From: an uncultured Methanosarcinaceae archaeon
Lineage (GTDB): Archaea; Halobacteriota; Methanosarcinia; Methanosarcinales; Methanosarcinaceae
NCBI GenBank assembly: GCA_963833425.1
Contig: CAWHXP010000004.1
Coordinates: forward strand, 1 to 64,000
Direction: 5' to 3'
DNA: 64,000 nucleotides
The notes beneath the pieces were generated by a model, which saw nothing but the letters and a program-made list of their open reading frames with translations, did no database searches and was not told where the DNA came from. Position numbers and translations under genes: made by a program. This document shows positions 44,800-56,471 of this stretch, piece by piece (positions within the stretch are counted from its first letter, which is position 1; every line of letters starts with the position of its first letter).

Positions 44800-45914
44800 G
44801 AGGATTTCGAATAACTTCTATGCATTTGAGCGTTTAAATATTTTAGCAGTAATTTTTACTGACTAAACATCTTACTGATTTTGCTTTAAAAAATAAAAAC
44901 TTCTTCAACAAGTTGAAGACAAACTTGGTTAAATTGGTTCCGTAAGTGATTGAAATTTTTTTCGTATCATCTTTGAGCTTATATATTTTAACAAAATATT
45001 TTTTGAGGCAGATCTTAAGATGATGTAGTCTTTATGTTTAAAATGCTTTTTTTACAGCAATGTATTATCTTTCGGACTTTAACTTGAGAAGCAATAGATA
45101 GATTGAATTTTCTAGGAAATTTCTTGTTTTCCTGAGCACATACCAGACAAAATACAGTCTTACTTCCGTAAAAAATTATTGATTACTCTAAGAATAATAA
45201 ATATAGAGACAATTTCGAAACAAAATTAATTTCCCTGATTTGAAAATGAAAGCGAGAATTATTCTGCAGGCTACTTTTATTTGTTCAAATCCTAGACATG
45301 CAAAAATGATAAACCTCACAAAATGGAGTAATAAAAGAGCATTAGGGGCGAAACCTGAACAAAAAGAGCGGTGATTCAAGCTCTGGATGTGAAATTCATA
45401 ACATAATAAACATAAATTATAAGCTAATCAGAAGGTTCAAATAGAAACTTTATCACTTCATTATTCGATTTTAGATTTCTCTGAAAAAAATCAAGTTATT
45501 TACATAGACAGAGAATACTTTTGAGCAAAATCAACATGTTATAATGTAAAATGAAAATAGCAATAAAAGAATATTTTCTGGGATAAGAGGCGTATTAAGG
45601 ATAGAGAATTATGCTCAATAAATATCATGGGATGGAGTTTATGCATTAATTAAAAAAATATTAAAGTAAGAAAAATTTTTGTCATTAATATTCAAAGAGT
45701 GAATCTAAAGATGTTGTGTCAAGCTTTTTGTTATAATTTCTAACAGTTGATGACCTTCCAGATAAAAGGAGTATTTTAATGATGGAGGGAGAATCTTTAA
45801 AATCAAAGAATACTAGGCAAGAAAAAATAAAATAAGATCAAACACAGAAATAAGCGGGACAAATTTTGGACAGGATTCCTTCGAGAAAAGAATACTAGAT
45901 TAATCTTAGTCCTC
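44800..45914 (+). mobile_element. highly degraded IS5-family element
   Basis: Left end GAGGATTTCGAATAAC; interior collinear with 48284-49412 (e.g. GACAGAGAATACTTT, GCTTTTTGTTATAAT). Confidence 0.7.
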
Positions 45915-46344
45915 TATACTTAGGTTCTTTGACCTGCTCAAGTTAACAGGCTCCAAACTTTTGATAGCAATAAATTTGTTCAATTAGCTTTATTCAGTCC
46001 TAAATATTTTTTAGCTGACCCGTATTTGCACCCATAAGAGGCTGTTAATTGTCTTCAGCGTGTTCTTTTCACTATCAATTAAATTCGGTGAGATGATATC
46101 TCTTGATTCATCTATGTTGAATGTCTCGTCTCAATTCGTAGTCCGAGAAATGATCCGTCGAATATTCTACCGTTGATCTTCGAAGTAGAACTGGATTCAA
46201 CCTAAATTATTTAATGCGAACGATTTCCCGGGGGAAATACCGTTTTTCTCTTACCGATATACATTTATACTACACATTCAATTACAATAGTTGAAGATGT
46301 CAGAAAAGACAAAAAGTAGCACCCAAAAATATAGTCTTCTCTGC

Positions 46345-46419
46345 GGGGCCGTAGGGTAGCTTGGTCCATCCTGCAAGACTGGGGGTCTTGCGACTTGAGT
46401 TCGAATCTCAACGGCCCCA
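46345..46419 (+). tRNA. tRNA-Pro (GGG)
   Basis: Acceptor GGGGCCG/CGGCCCC; anticodon arm CAAGA-CTGGGGG-TCTTG; T arm TTGAG-TTCGAAT-CTCAA; CCA not encoded. Confidence 0.97.
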
Positions 46420-46987
46420 TCAAAATTTTAATTTAGTTGTTAGATATTTTTCATGGATTTACACTTGTTACAAGTCAAAAAGAAAATTTTGATTAATTTC
46501 TAAATTTCATCAGATTCGTATAATAGCGCATAAATTATTCGTTTAAATTAGCTAGAATTTAGATGAACCTCTGAGTTTCACTTATTATATGCGCTCTCTA
46601 TAGACATACCATGAAAGATGGAAGTCAATAGGAATTCTCTTCTGTCCAACTTTGTGGTTAATCAAATCTTGGCTGCCCTATAACACTTAAGAGGCTTTTT
46701 GGTTATATCTACAGTCGCATAGTGTCTATTTTAATTAGTTCTCTAGTTTTGAATGTGTCTTTTTCACAAACCCCATTAAGAAGTTACAGCATCCTGTTAG
46801 TGTTTGATATTCTTCATGGAAACTGACGATGAGCTAGAGATTTTCATCTCATGGGAAACTAATAAATACTTTTGAAACTGAAATGATTGATTAAGCGAAT
46901 ATCTATCGAGGTACTATTTATTGAGATACCTTACTGCAATCTTGCTTGCTAGATATTGCAATTACTAAAATTTATGAAGGTATGTAC

Positions 46988-47122
46988 ATGGCAATGTCGA
47001 AAAAAGATATGGATAAGAAAAAGAACGCTAAGAAGGAAAAAATGGAAGAGCTGGAAAAAATGGCTTCTTCAGGAAGCAAAGACGCCAAAAAGAAGCTTAT
47101 AAAGGAAAAGAAAAAAAAATAA
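46988..47122 (+). CDS. 44-aa Lys-rich small protein (absent from the ORF track)
   Basis: MAMSKKDMDKKKNAKKEKMEELEKMASSGSKDAKKKLIKEKKKK*; GAAGGT RBS. Confidence 0.7.
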   Translation: MAMSKKDMDKKKNAKKEKMEELEKMASSGSKDAKKKLIKEKKKK

Positions 47123-47971
47123 TTGCTAACGGATATTTCTGTTCTTCATGATTATTAGAAAATAGAGAGTTAATCGTTCTGATCCGATCAAATTATTATT
47201 TGATAAGGTGTAAGAGTGGGTGGGTCTAATTTAGTTCGGTATTAGGGAATATAAAGATTGTATTTTTTTTCTTGCCAGAAGGTATTTATTTTTTTTATTT
47301 AAATTATTAACTTTTTATACAATTTAGACTAAATACTAGTTAAATATCATTGTACGATCATTATAAAATAGGGATCAAATCTCAAAGCTTTAAGATGATG
47401 AAAGAGATGTAGAAGGGAGCTTGTTGAAGAACAAACTGCTCAAAAAAAATGCTCCAAAAATAAAAAAATATAATACGTTTTACTCCAGTAGAGTACCAGT
47501 AGCTGCTGAGGAAATAATATTTTTCCAAAATATCATTATTAACTAAATGATTTATATTTTAAGTTACTTTCGCACTGTAACATGGAACGAAGTTTTGTAA
47601 ATATTTGTGTCTGTATATAGACATCGAATTTTAAGAGATTACATTTTTTTCTTCATGTAAAGATATAAATAATTCAAAGATATAGATCCTGAAAAAGGTT
47701 CTAAAGATAGTATTTTTGATTCCATTTATGTTTTTAACATACGTTATTTGTAAATGCTGTGCTTAAGTCGGTGAAAAATTGTATATTCCCATAAGCATGT
47801 AATGATCCAGTTCGTAAAAATGTAGCTATGAAGCAAGAAACACTTGAATATTTTTCATTGCGCATATTTTAATTTACTAAAACTCTGCAAAAGCAAAATT
47901 TTTGTCAACGACGGTTAAGAATTTACTATTTTCTGTGGTTTAAAATTCCTTAGTTCGTAATTCTGATCTTC

Positions 47972-48122
47972 TTTTTGGTGCCCACGTTACATGACCTTTG
48001 TTCCATTTGGGTTGACTGCGCCTCCATAAGGAGCGATGTTCTACAGGTACGCTGGCCGTAACTATGTTAGATGCTGTTAACATGGACGTACTGAAATATG
48101 GAGGGCCATCTCTTTTTATTTC
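47972..48122 (+). ncRNA. candidate structured sRNA
   Basis: GC-rich block in an AT-rich gap; TTTAAAAT upstream, T-tract at the end; nested complementary segments. Confidence 0.4.
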
Positions 48123-48283
48123 CTAGCTTTTTAACATTCGGCAGTAATTATTTAAGTTTTTTAATATCTGAGTGAAATAATTTAGTGCATTTAAGATTAA
48201 TGTTACTCTACATCCACCGGTTCTGTCACTAGGATTAAGGACTTCGTTACATTAATTGGAACAGTCGCTTATGTTATATTATA

Positions 48284-49412
48284 GAGAATTTCGATAACCT
48301 CCATGCTCTTGAGCATGGTTGACTTTAAATTTGTCAATATTTATGTATATTCATGAAAACTCTTACTGATTTTACTCTTAAAGAAGAGTATAAACATCTT
48401 GAATCTGTTGGAGATAAGCTTGTTGAAATTGATTTCTTAATTGATTGGAAAACTTTTCGTATTATTCTTGAGTCTATGTATATTAACAAAACCGTTTCAT
48501 GAGGGAGACCTGAAACTGATGTCATTGTGATGTTCAAAATGCTTGTTTTACAACAATGGCATGAGCTCTCTGATTTTGAACTTGAGAAACAGTGTATAGA
48601 TCGAATTTCTTTTAGGAAATTCCTTGGATTTCTGGAATACATACCTGACAGTACTACTGTATGGCTATTTAGGGAGAGAATTATCGAAAATTTCAAAGAA
48701 AATATGGGAAAAGTTGCAAAGCCAACTTGATACTCTGGGTTTCCAGATAAAGCATGGACTGATTCAGGATGTTACTTTTATCCATTCAGATCCATGACAT
48801 GCAAAAGCAGAGAGATGAGGCAAAAACAAGAAGAAACAGAGACGGAACCTGGACAAAGAAGGGAGGTAAGTCTCACTTTGGATATAAGCTTCATAATATA
48901 ATAGACAGAGATTATGAGCTGATCAGAAGATTCAAACAACAACTGCGTCAGTACATGATTCGTATGTAGATTTGACAGAGGAAAATGAAGTGGTTTATAA
49001 GGACAGAGGATACTTTGGAGCAAAAACTAAAGGGTATAATGCAACAATGAAAAGAGCAGTCAAAAGACATACTCTGGGAATAAAGGATATATTAAGAAAT
49101 AAGGGAATTAGCTCAAAAAGAGTCAAAGGGGAAAGAGGTTGTTCAGTAACTAAAGAAATTTTCAAAGCAGGAAGAGTTTTTGTTACTACTGTTAAAAGAG
49201 TAAATCTAAAAATGTTGTGTACGGCTTTTTGTTATAATCACCATCAATTGAGGAAATTGAAAAAAAAATATATTGAAGATAGCGGAAGCTATATTTAAAA
49301 TCAAAGAATTGAGAATAAATAAAGCCAAAAAGAGGAATTAAATAGAGAAATTGAGGGGAAGATATGATAAATTACATCTAAGAAATAAAATCCGAAGTTT
49401 ATCAAAATCCTC
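48284..49412 (+). mobile_element. IS5-family element with pseudogenised transposase
   Basis: TIRs GAGAATTTCGATAAC / GTTTATCAAAATCCTC, TA on both flanks; MFKMLVLQQWHELSD, DRISFRKFLG, PDSTTVWLFRE, KSHFGYKLH, YKDRGY fragments. Confidence 0.9.
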
Positions 49413-49455
49413 TATTAGATTATTAGTAGATCTCGGCCGCATACATCATACCTAA

Positions 49456-50394
49456 TTATTTGACAACTGCACACGCAAAATACCCATGCTCTTGTGCATG
49501 ATATCCATCAGTGCGTCCTTGGAAATAACGCTCCTCGATGTCTTCTGGGCTCAAGTTTTCAAGGAGATGGAATCCTAAACCCGATAGGTCTTCGGCTAAA
49601 GTTGATGGATTGAAACCAGTTAACATTGGTTCTCCTATATTCCGCAAAAATTCCAATGATTCTTTCATCTTTGGAGACATTTTTTCTGGAATAAACGCAT
49701 AGGTATCTAAGTAATCGAAAACAACTATACTACCTGCAGGGGCAACCCCAGAAATGGAACGCAGTGTTCTGAATACTTCATCTAGGGTCAAGAAATAAGT
49801 GACACCAAGCCAATTAAAAAAGCTTTTAATTTTGGGGTCATACGATGATGAGCTAGTCAGTGCTGTTACTAGGCTTTCCTTCGTGAAATCCATGGGAATA
49901 AAATGTAATTTTGCTGGATGTTTCCATCCCAATTCGACAAGTCGATGAAGCTTAAATTCTTGTGTGGCAGGATGATCAACCTCAAATACTTCCAAGTGTT
50001 CCATCATTTCAGATTGCCTGAATGCAAAGGTATCCATACCCGCTCCAAGAATTACATACTGTTTTACACCTTGATTGACGGCTTTTTCTAGGGCATCTTC
50101 CGCATATCGCGCACGGCTGCTGAAAGTGCCAGCAAATTCATGAGCTGCTTGTTCTAACGATTTTACGGTAATTGTTTGTCCTGAGTGCGATGCAGTAGTC
50201 TCAGTATCATTTAACTGTTGATCCCAAGTCCAACATTGGTCAATCCAATATTGTTCAATTAATGCAATTTTTTCATTGGGTATCAAATTATAAGCTAGGT
50301 AATCATCAAAGATTTTGTTTTTAGCATGCAGAGAGTGATAGGCACGCATGTAGGCCACCGACATCGCAGTGAAGCTAGCTTGGTCTTCTTTCAT
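49456..50394 (-). CDS. SAM-dependent methyltransferase (LCM/TIGR00027-like)
   Basis: QYVILGAGMDTFAFR, FEVDHPATQ, WLGVTYFL. Confidence 0.9.
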   Translation of the reverse strand: MKEDQASFTAMSVAYMRAYHSLHAKNKIFDDYLAYNLIPNEKIALIEQYWIDQCWTWDQQLNDTETTASHSGQTITVKSLEQAAHEFAGTFSSRARYAEDALEKAVNQGVKQYVILGAGMDTFAFRQSEMMEHLEVFEVDHPATQEFKLHRLVELGWKHPAKLHFIPMDFTKESLVTALTSSSSYDPKIKSFFNWLGVTYFLTLDEVFRTLRSISGVAPAGSIVVFDYLDTYAFIPEKMSPKMKESLEFLRNIGEPMLTGFNPSTLAEDLSGLGFHLLENLSPEDIEERYFQGRTDGYHAQEHGYFACAVVK

Positions 50395-50492
50395 TCAATT
50401 ACCTCTTTTTACAGTTTTCTTTCACAAATTGATATGTTTGCATATTAAAAATTTATACTTGCATATTTAGTAATAATTTTATTCCTTCATAC

Positions 50493-50681
50493 ATGATAAA
50501 TTTTGCATACTTCGTCATAATTTCTCACATAATTTCTTCTTTGATTTTAATCCACAGCTTAATAGGAATTGTGGCTTTAGCTATGGGATTTATATATACA
50601 ATAAATATAAAAGCTTGGAAACCAAAAGAGGATGAAAAACTGAAAGAAATATCCACATTTTTGAAGCTTTTTGGATTATAA
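50493..50681 (+). pseudogene. small membrane-protein fragment
   Basis: LILIHSLIGIVALAMGFIY hydrophobic segment; appears truncated. Confidence 0.3.
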
Positions 50682-50810
50682 ACTTGATATCAGGCACTTT
50701 TATGTGTTAATTAGTTTGTTCAGTCACTAGGTTCGTTGTAAACACAATCGCATTGAAATGACTACTAAAAGGGCAGATTGAGGATTCCACTACGACACGC
50801 ACGATAGGTA

Positions 50811-51266
50811 TTATTCCAAGCCTTGGATCTTTTCAAATTTCACGGGTGAAAATCCCTTTTCTTTATTTGCAACTCTTCTAACAGAAACGCCTTCTACCTC
50901 GAGGACAAATGCTTCAACGACCATAAAAACCTCGGTTTGACCTCTCAAACATCCCAATTTGACACTATCTTCACGGCCTGCTCCTACATGCAAGTGGATC
51001 TTCGGTTTTCCGTCTTCAAGAAATATGTTCCCGATTCCAAGAATCTCATGTACATCATCAAAACCAGACCATAGAGGGTCTGGAGGTATAACGCTTTTTT
51101 TTGGGCCTGTAACAAGTTTACCCTCTTTTGATGCACCGATCAGTGTAAAAAAAGCTGACTCAATATGTTCCAGTTCTGCAAATTTGATCAGTTCCATAAT
51201 CAGGTCATCTTTATGATCAATCCTGACTGTAAAGACCCTGCCTATTCTACATGTTGCATACTCCAT
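50811..51266 (-). CDS. PPC-domain (DUF296) protein
   Basis: RIDH.DDL, EILGIGNI, PKIHLH, EVFMVVE. Confidence 0.88.
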   Translation of the reverse strand: MEYATCRIGRVFTVRIDHKDDLIMELIKFAELEHIESAFFTLIGASKEGKLVTGPKKSVIPPDPLWSGFDDVHEILGIGNIFLEDGKPKIHLHVGAGREDSVKLGCLRGQTEVFMVVEAFVLEVEGVSVRRVANKEKGFSPVKFEKIQGLE

Positions 51267-51608
51267 ATTTTATCCTCATTGATCAATAATAACTCAGAGT
51301 TCCAGTTGGCATATCGTATGAATAAGAATGCTCTTGCCTGAATCTGTAACTCAATAATTACCTTGAATCCCTCTTTTTAATTATTCGATTCACATCGTCA
51401 AGTACACTAAATTCAATTCAATATTTATAAATTAGTGCACGTTCTTTAGCTAGATAATTGAACGTTCTTCTGGCATGTTTTTTTCACGTCTTCAAAACCA
51501 TTGTATTAAAAATAGAGGATCTCTTAAGTAAAGAGCTTTTGGGCGGATATTTATACCGAAACTCTCTTGAGTCAAGGCAGATCTCTTGCTTTTCAAATAT
51601 CGAATATT

Positions 51609-52494
51609 TTATTTACTCCGATCCCTTCTACTTACAATATAAGCAGCTGTGATAATTAAACAGCAGCCTATAAGAGTTGAGAGATATACTGAATTTTTTA
51701 AAATAGTAATATCAAAAAAGATTCCTGAGACTGGTTCTAAAAGAGCAAAAATACTACCTGTTTGTGCATTTATTCTTGAAATTCCTCTGAGATAGATAAC
51801 AGCAGCGAATGTAATAGTAAAACCGAATATCACCAGAGTATTAAGATTTTCAATGAAAAGGGGGAGAGGAGTGAAAAGTGCAGACTGGAAGCATAATGAG
51901 GAGACTTATAACAGTAATCCAAAAAGTCTGAGTTATCGCTGTGTAATCGTGCCTCAGGTAACGGGCCATGATTATAGTTGTACCAAATGATAGCCCTGCC
52001 AGTAGACCGAAAATAATGCCTTTCGGGAAATTGGATCCTGTATCCACGCTCATTAGAACTTCTCCAGGGCGGGCAATAAGTAACACTCCTGTAACAGCAA
52101 GTAGAAGCGGTAAAAAGCTTTTTCTACTATTTTTTTCCCCGAGAATCGTGGGAGCAAGCAGACTAACATACACGGGAGCTGTATAAAGCAGAAGGACTGC
52201 AACGGACATCCCACTATATTTTATGGAAGAGAAGTAGCATATGCCTGTAATTGTATTCAGGAGACCCAGTAGAATTAGGTACCGTCTATTTTCCCTAAAC
52301 CTAAGCTGGCCTAGCCCCCTACGGAATAACAGGTAAACAAAAATCATGCAGAGGCCAAAAAAAGATGTTGAGAAAATGATAGATTCAATAGACAGTCCCT
52401 GTAACTTATTTAGGAAAACGCCTATAGAACCGTAGATAATACTGCTAATTACAACTTCTGAATAGGGCTTATAAGAACCTTCCTTCACAGACAT
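51609..52494 (-). CDS. EamA/DMT transporter (one +1 frameshift at ~51885)
   Basis: AVLLLYTAPVYV..LAP.ILGEK and ALLEPV in two frames; removing one G restores MLPSALFTPLPLFIENL. Confidence 0.8.
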
Positions 52495-53221
52495 ACTCGA
52501 GGATTAAAGGACCGCAGATTTATATTTTTTGGACACGATACAGGATCATGAGTAACAAAAGTTTTGGCAATTGAAAAATCTGGAAAGAAGACATTGTTAC
52601 AAATGCGGAAATTGAAAACATACGCTTTGCTACAAAATCTGTGCATCAATGAAACAACAAAGGCATAAACATTGTCATCACAACTATTGACTCTGCATCC
52701 GACTTTTTATGGCGAAAGAAAAAAGATATAAAGTCAATCAGATTTACAGAACTTTGGGTATACTGCCTAATTACTTACTTGCATAGGACTTTTTTGACTT
52801 GCATGGCTATTTCCTCCAAATACTTTGGATCGGCATCGGAAACTTCTAAGAATGAAAAAAATCTAGTTCTTCTGTATCTTTTTCTAGTTTTAGGCCGGTT
52901 GCTTGATCAAGAACCAGAGCACATTGACTACTAAATTTGTCGCCTAGTTTTAGCACATAATTACATCAGGTGCATCTCTCTTGTAACGTGCCTTTCATCT
53001 CTGTTTTGAGTCCATATTTCTCAAAAATGCTGTTATTGATTCCCTTATCCGTGAAATTTGCATAAATTTTTAACATTTGAGTACTACCACAATAGGTTCT
53101 CTGCTCTGTGTTTGGATCCATTCAACAGAGTAGCACAAATAAAGACATCTTATTACTTAACATATAAAATTTGGACGTGAGTATCCTGGCTTCGTTATCA
53201 ATCTCCACACGATACACGACT

Positions 53222-54244
53222 TTAGTCTGTGTATTCCCCTACTATAGGAATATTCTCTCCACATGTGGGACATGTCTTTTCAGGTGTGATCTCGTATTTT
53301 TCTATTGCGAATAAACCGCGTGATATCAATATTTTCCCACAATTAGGACAGAAGGTATTATTTCGATCACTCCCTGGAACGTTGCCCAAGTAGACATAAT
53401 TCAATCCTTCTTCATTTGCAATTTGACAAGCTTCCTGCATGGTTTGCACAGGTGTCGGAGAGAGATTTTGCATCTGATACTGGGGATGGAAACGGGTAAA
53501 GTGTAGGGGAGTTTCAGGTCCCATATTTTTGTATACCCACCGTGAAAGTCCCCTCAGCTCTTCTAAGGAATCATTGATTCCAGGAATAATAAGAGTCGTA
53601 ATTTCTATGTGGATTCCCAGCTTTTTTGCAAAGGCAGAAGCCTCAAGTACAGGCCCTAGTTTTGCGCTGGCAACATCGTGATAAAACTTTTCATTGAATG
53701 CTTTGATATCGATATTAGCCGCATCTAGATAGGGAGCTATATGAAGGAGAGCTTCAGGAGTCATATACCCGTTTGTCACATATACTGTTGTAAGTCCTAC
53801 ATTTTTTGCTAATTTTGAACACTCATAAGTGTATTCGTGCCAGATTGTAGGCTCATTATAAGTCCAGGCAATTGATCTTGATTTTGTGATAAGTGCCTTT
53901 TCTACCAGCTCTTCAGGAGGAATATCAATTGTGTAAGAATCCTCCAGGCAAGCCTGAGAAATCGACCAATTTTGGCAATGTTTACAGCGGAAATTACACC
54001 CTATTGACCCGACTGAATAGGCATAAGACCCTGGATAATAGTGATACAGGGGCTTCTTTTCTATAGGATCAATTGCTTCGCTTGATACAGTACCGTAAAT
54101 AAGAGAATACAAACTCCCTCCTCTGTTTTCCCTGACCTTGCAAAAACCTCTTTTTCCGAGTGAAATTTTGCAACTATGAGCACATAGACTACAGTGTACC
54201 CTATTGTCTTCGAGTTTTTCGTACAACATGGCTTCTTTTATCAC
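53222..54244 (-). CDS. amrS: AmmeMemoRadiSam system radical SAM enzyme
   Basis: C..CAH.C, DPIEKKPLYH, GCNFRCKHCQNW, TYNEP, C-terminal CP.CG pairs. Confidence 0.9.
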   Translation of the reverse strand: MIKEAMLYEKLEDNRVHCSLCAHSCKISLGKRGFCKVRENRGGSLYSLIYGTVSSEAIDPIEKKPLYHYYPGSYAYSVGSIGCNFRCKHCQNWSISQACLEDSYTIDIPPEELVEKALITKSRSIAWTYNEPTIWHEYTYECSKLAKNVGLTTVYVTNGYMTPEALLHIAPYLDAANIDIKAFNEKFYHDVASAKLGPVLEASAFAKKLGIHIEITTLIIPGINDSLEELRGLSRWVYKNMGPETPLHFTRFHPQYQMQNLSPTPVQTMQEACQIANEEGLNYVYLGNVPGSDRNNTFCPNCGKILISRGLFAIEKYEITPEKTCPTCGENIPIVGEYTD

Positions 54245-54842
54245 ACGAATCCCAATTGGAGATTGTTTCCAAGTATAATAATAGTTGTTGTCATAATTTT
54301 TTTATAAATTTTAATATCTTCTGAAATCATCAAAATTTACCACTAATATCACTGATAATTGAATGCAATCAATACAAAAAACAAGAAATGAATCAAAACT
54401 TCGGTGGCTCAGAACACACAATTGCTTGCAGCGGAGTGGCCAACAAAATTTTGATCTTTCAATGCAATATGCCTATAAACACCTATATCTCCCCTAACTA
54501 TGTGACCCTTTTCTGGTTTGCCAGTATTAGGATATGCTTTATAGTTGGTTCTCTGGATCTTTTATTTCTTTCTTCACAAAGCCCATTCTGAAATTTACCC
54601 CATAATCTTCAAATCTTTGATAATTTTATACATAATATTCAATACACCAAGATCCAAAGACCATGATTCTTGGGACCTTCCAAGACAACTTTTAAGATAG
54701 TAGCAGAAAGCTGTGAATAAGAGGCAACAGCCGTATTAAAGGTCATTGAGAAAATATATTGCATTATTGTATACATCGTAGAAGACGAAAAAAAAACCAT
54801 ACTCAGGAATTAGTTTCTTATCTTGACATGGGGTTAGACTGC

Positions 54843-54933
54843 AGAAGATTTCGATAAACCATTGATTTTTACCATTAATTTATGACCTACTAATGAGTAT
54901 ATTGCTAAATATCGAAATTTATCAAAATTCTCT
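54843..54933. mobile_element. 91-bp IS5-type MITE
   Basis: AGAAGATTTCGATAAAC ... ATTTATCAAAATTCTCT. Confidence 0.6.
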
Positions 54934-55115
54934 GTATATTTGTGTACATCTGCAGAATTTCGAATTTTTTAAAATCACAACAACAAAATAATTTATCTGT
55001 ATAACAAATTGATACAGGAGTATCAGGATCTGAAATGCAAGGAAAAATTGGCTTTCATGGTGGCTCTTCTGAGACTTTATGAAGCACTATTAGGATAAAG
55101 AGCCTTCCAGAGCTA

Positions 55116-56471
55116 TCATAATCCAAGAGTTTTTAAACCGACAGAGATAATATCCCTGGGATCAATCCCAGTAATCTGCATTATGACATAGCCTCCAAGT
55201 AAAGCACCAGCTATGCTTCCTATATTCGCGAAGCTAGCGACGAGAAGGATCCTCATTACCCTATTTTTGAATATATCACTGAAAGATTCTACTGCTAAAA
55301 GAGCTTTTATATCTGATGCTTTAGGATTTTGATGTTTCGCTTCCACCAGGCCAGCAAACCAACCTGCGTGTGGAGTTGTTATCCATGCAACCAAAAAGGA
55401 TGTCAAAATAGAGTTACGATGGCCTCCGGCGAGCAAAGTACCCAATGCGCTCAGGATTCCGGTGATAATGAACCAACATACAAAAGCTATCAAAAAAAGT
55501 TTAAGTGGGATGCCAGAAAGAAGCATTAATAAAAAAAATGCAACTATAAGACCAACAAAAATAAAGCCAATTATTTTACTAATGCCAAAGCTTTTCTTGG
55601 GAATTTCCATGAGAGTATCCAGGGGAGGAATATCTTTTGGATTTTTTAGATAGTTCATCACTCCGACTTTGTGTCCTGCTCCGATTACTGCAACGACAGT
55701 TTTGTTTCCGCCCTCGGCAGCTTTAATGATATTTCCTGCAAGATATGCATCCCTTTCATCAATTAGAACACTGGCTGCAGTAGGAGCAAAGCCTCTTAGC
55801 TCACTAACAAGTTCAGCTACAAAATCCGGCTCTGTAATATGATCTATATCGATATCTGTCCCTTTTCCAATCTCTATAAGGCCGCCTAGCAGTGAGCCGA
55901 TCATTCTTATTTTCTCCAAGAACATCATCTTCCCCCAAAAACGTTGAAGTGTCACTTGAATTTCTCGGTCAACCAAAGCAACCTCAGCAGAAATAGACTT
56001 TGCTTCCTCCATCGCTAAAAGCATCTCAGCACCGGGTTTTACTTTCATATCCTCCCCTATTTTTTTCTGCAATTGGGCAAGTAACCAGTGAATAAAATAG
56101 TAATAGATCTTCCCACCAGAAAGAAGTTCCTTAATCAGAAGCTGGTCTTCCTGCTCATTTCCCTCTAGAGAATCATAACGTCCTCTGCATAGCTCAACAG
56201 CTACGACATCTGGTTTTAGATTTCTGATAACAGCCTTAACATCGGCAATACTCTTCTCCGAAACGTGGGCTGTACCTACGAGCACGATTTTTGAAACCTG
56301 AGACTCACATTGGTATCCATCAAGAGATTTTGTACTTGAAGAAATTGAAATTTCCGAAGCCGACTCAGGAAGATGTTCTGAAAGGAATTCAGAGCTATTA
56401 TTAAGCCTTTCTTCAATCTTCTCTGGTTTTACTGTGAGTACCGGAACAGAAACCTCAGTTTCTTCAGGCAT
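55116..56471 (-). CDS. TraB/PrgY (pheromone shutdown) family protein
   Basis: LVGTAHVS, VAVELC..R, PGAEM, LIDERDAYLA, AVIGAGH; C-terminal TMs. Confidence 0.9.
   Translation of the reverse strand: MPEETEVSVPVLTVKPEKIEERLNNSSEFLSEHLPESASEISISSSTKSLDGYQCESQVSKIVLVGTAHVSEKSIADVKAVIRNLKPDVVAVELCRGRYDSLEGNEQEDQLLIKELLSGGKIYYYFIHWLLAQLQKKIGEDMKVKPGAEMLLAMEEAKSISAEVALVDREIQVTLQRFWGKMMFLEKIRMIGSLLGGLIEIGKGTDIDIDHITEPDFVAELVSELRGFAPTAASVLIDERDAYLAGNIIKAAEGGNKTVVAVIGAGHKVGVMNYLKNPKDIPPLDTLMEIPKKSFGISKIIGFIFVGLIVAFFLLMLLSGIPLKLFLIAFVCWFIITGILSALGTLLAGGHRNSILTSFLVAWITTPHAGWFAGLVEAKHQNPKASDIKALLAVESFSDIFKNRVMRILLVASFANIGSIAGALLGGYVIMQITGIDPRDIISVGLKTLGL

Noticed and set aside
46020..46235. Possible RNA divergent from the tRNA promoter
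   Set aside because: Only mildly GC-enriched, with no convincing stems or second copy
46345..46419. tRNA-Pro as the attachment site of an integrated element
   Set aside because: No duplicate of the tRNA 3' end and no integrase seen in the window
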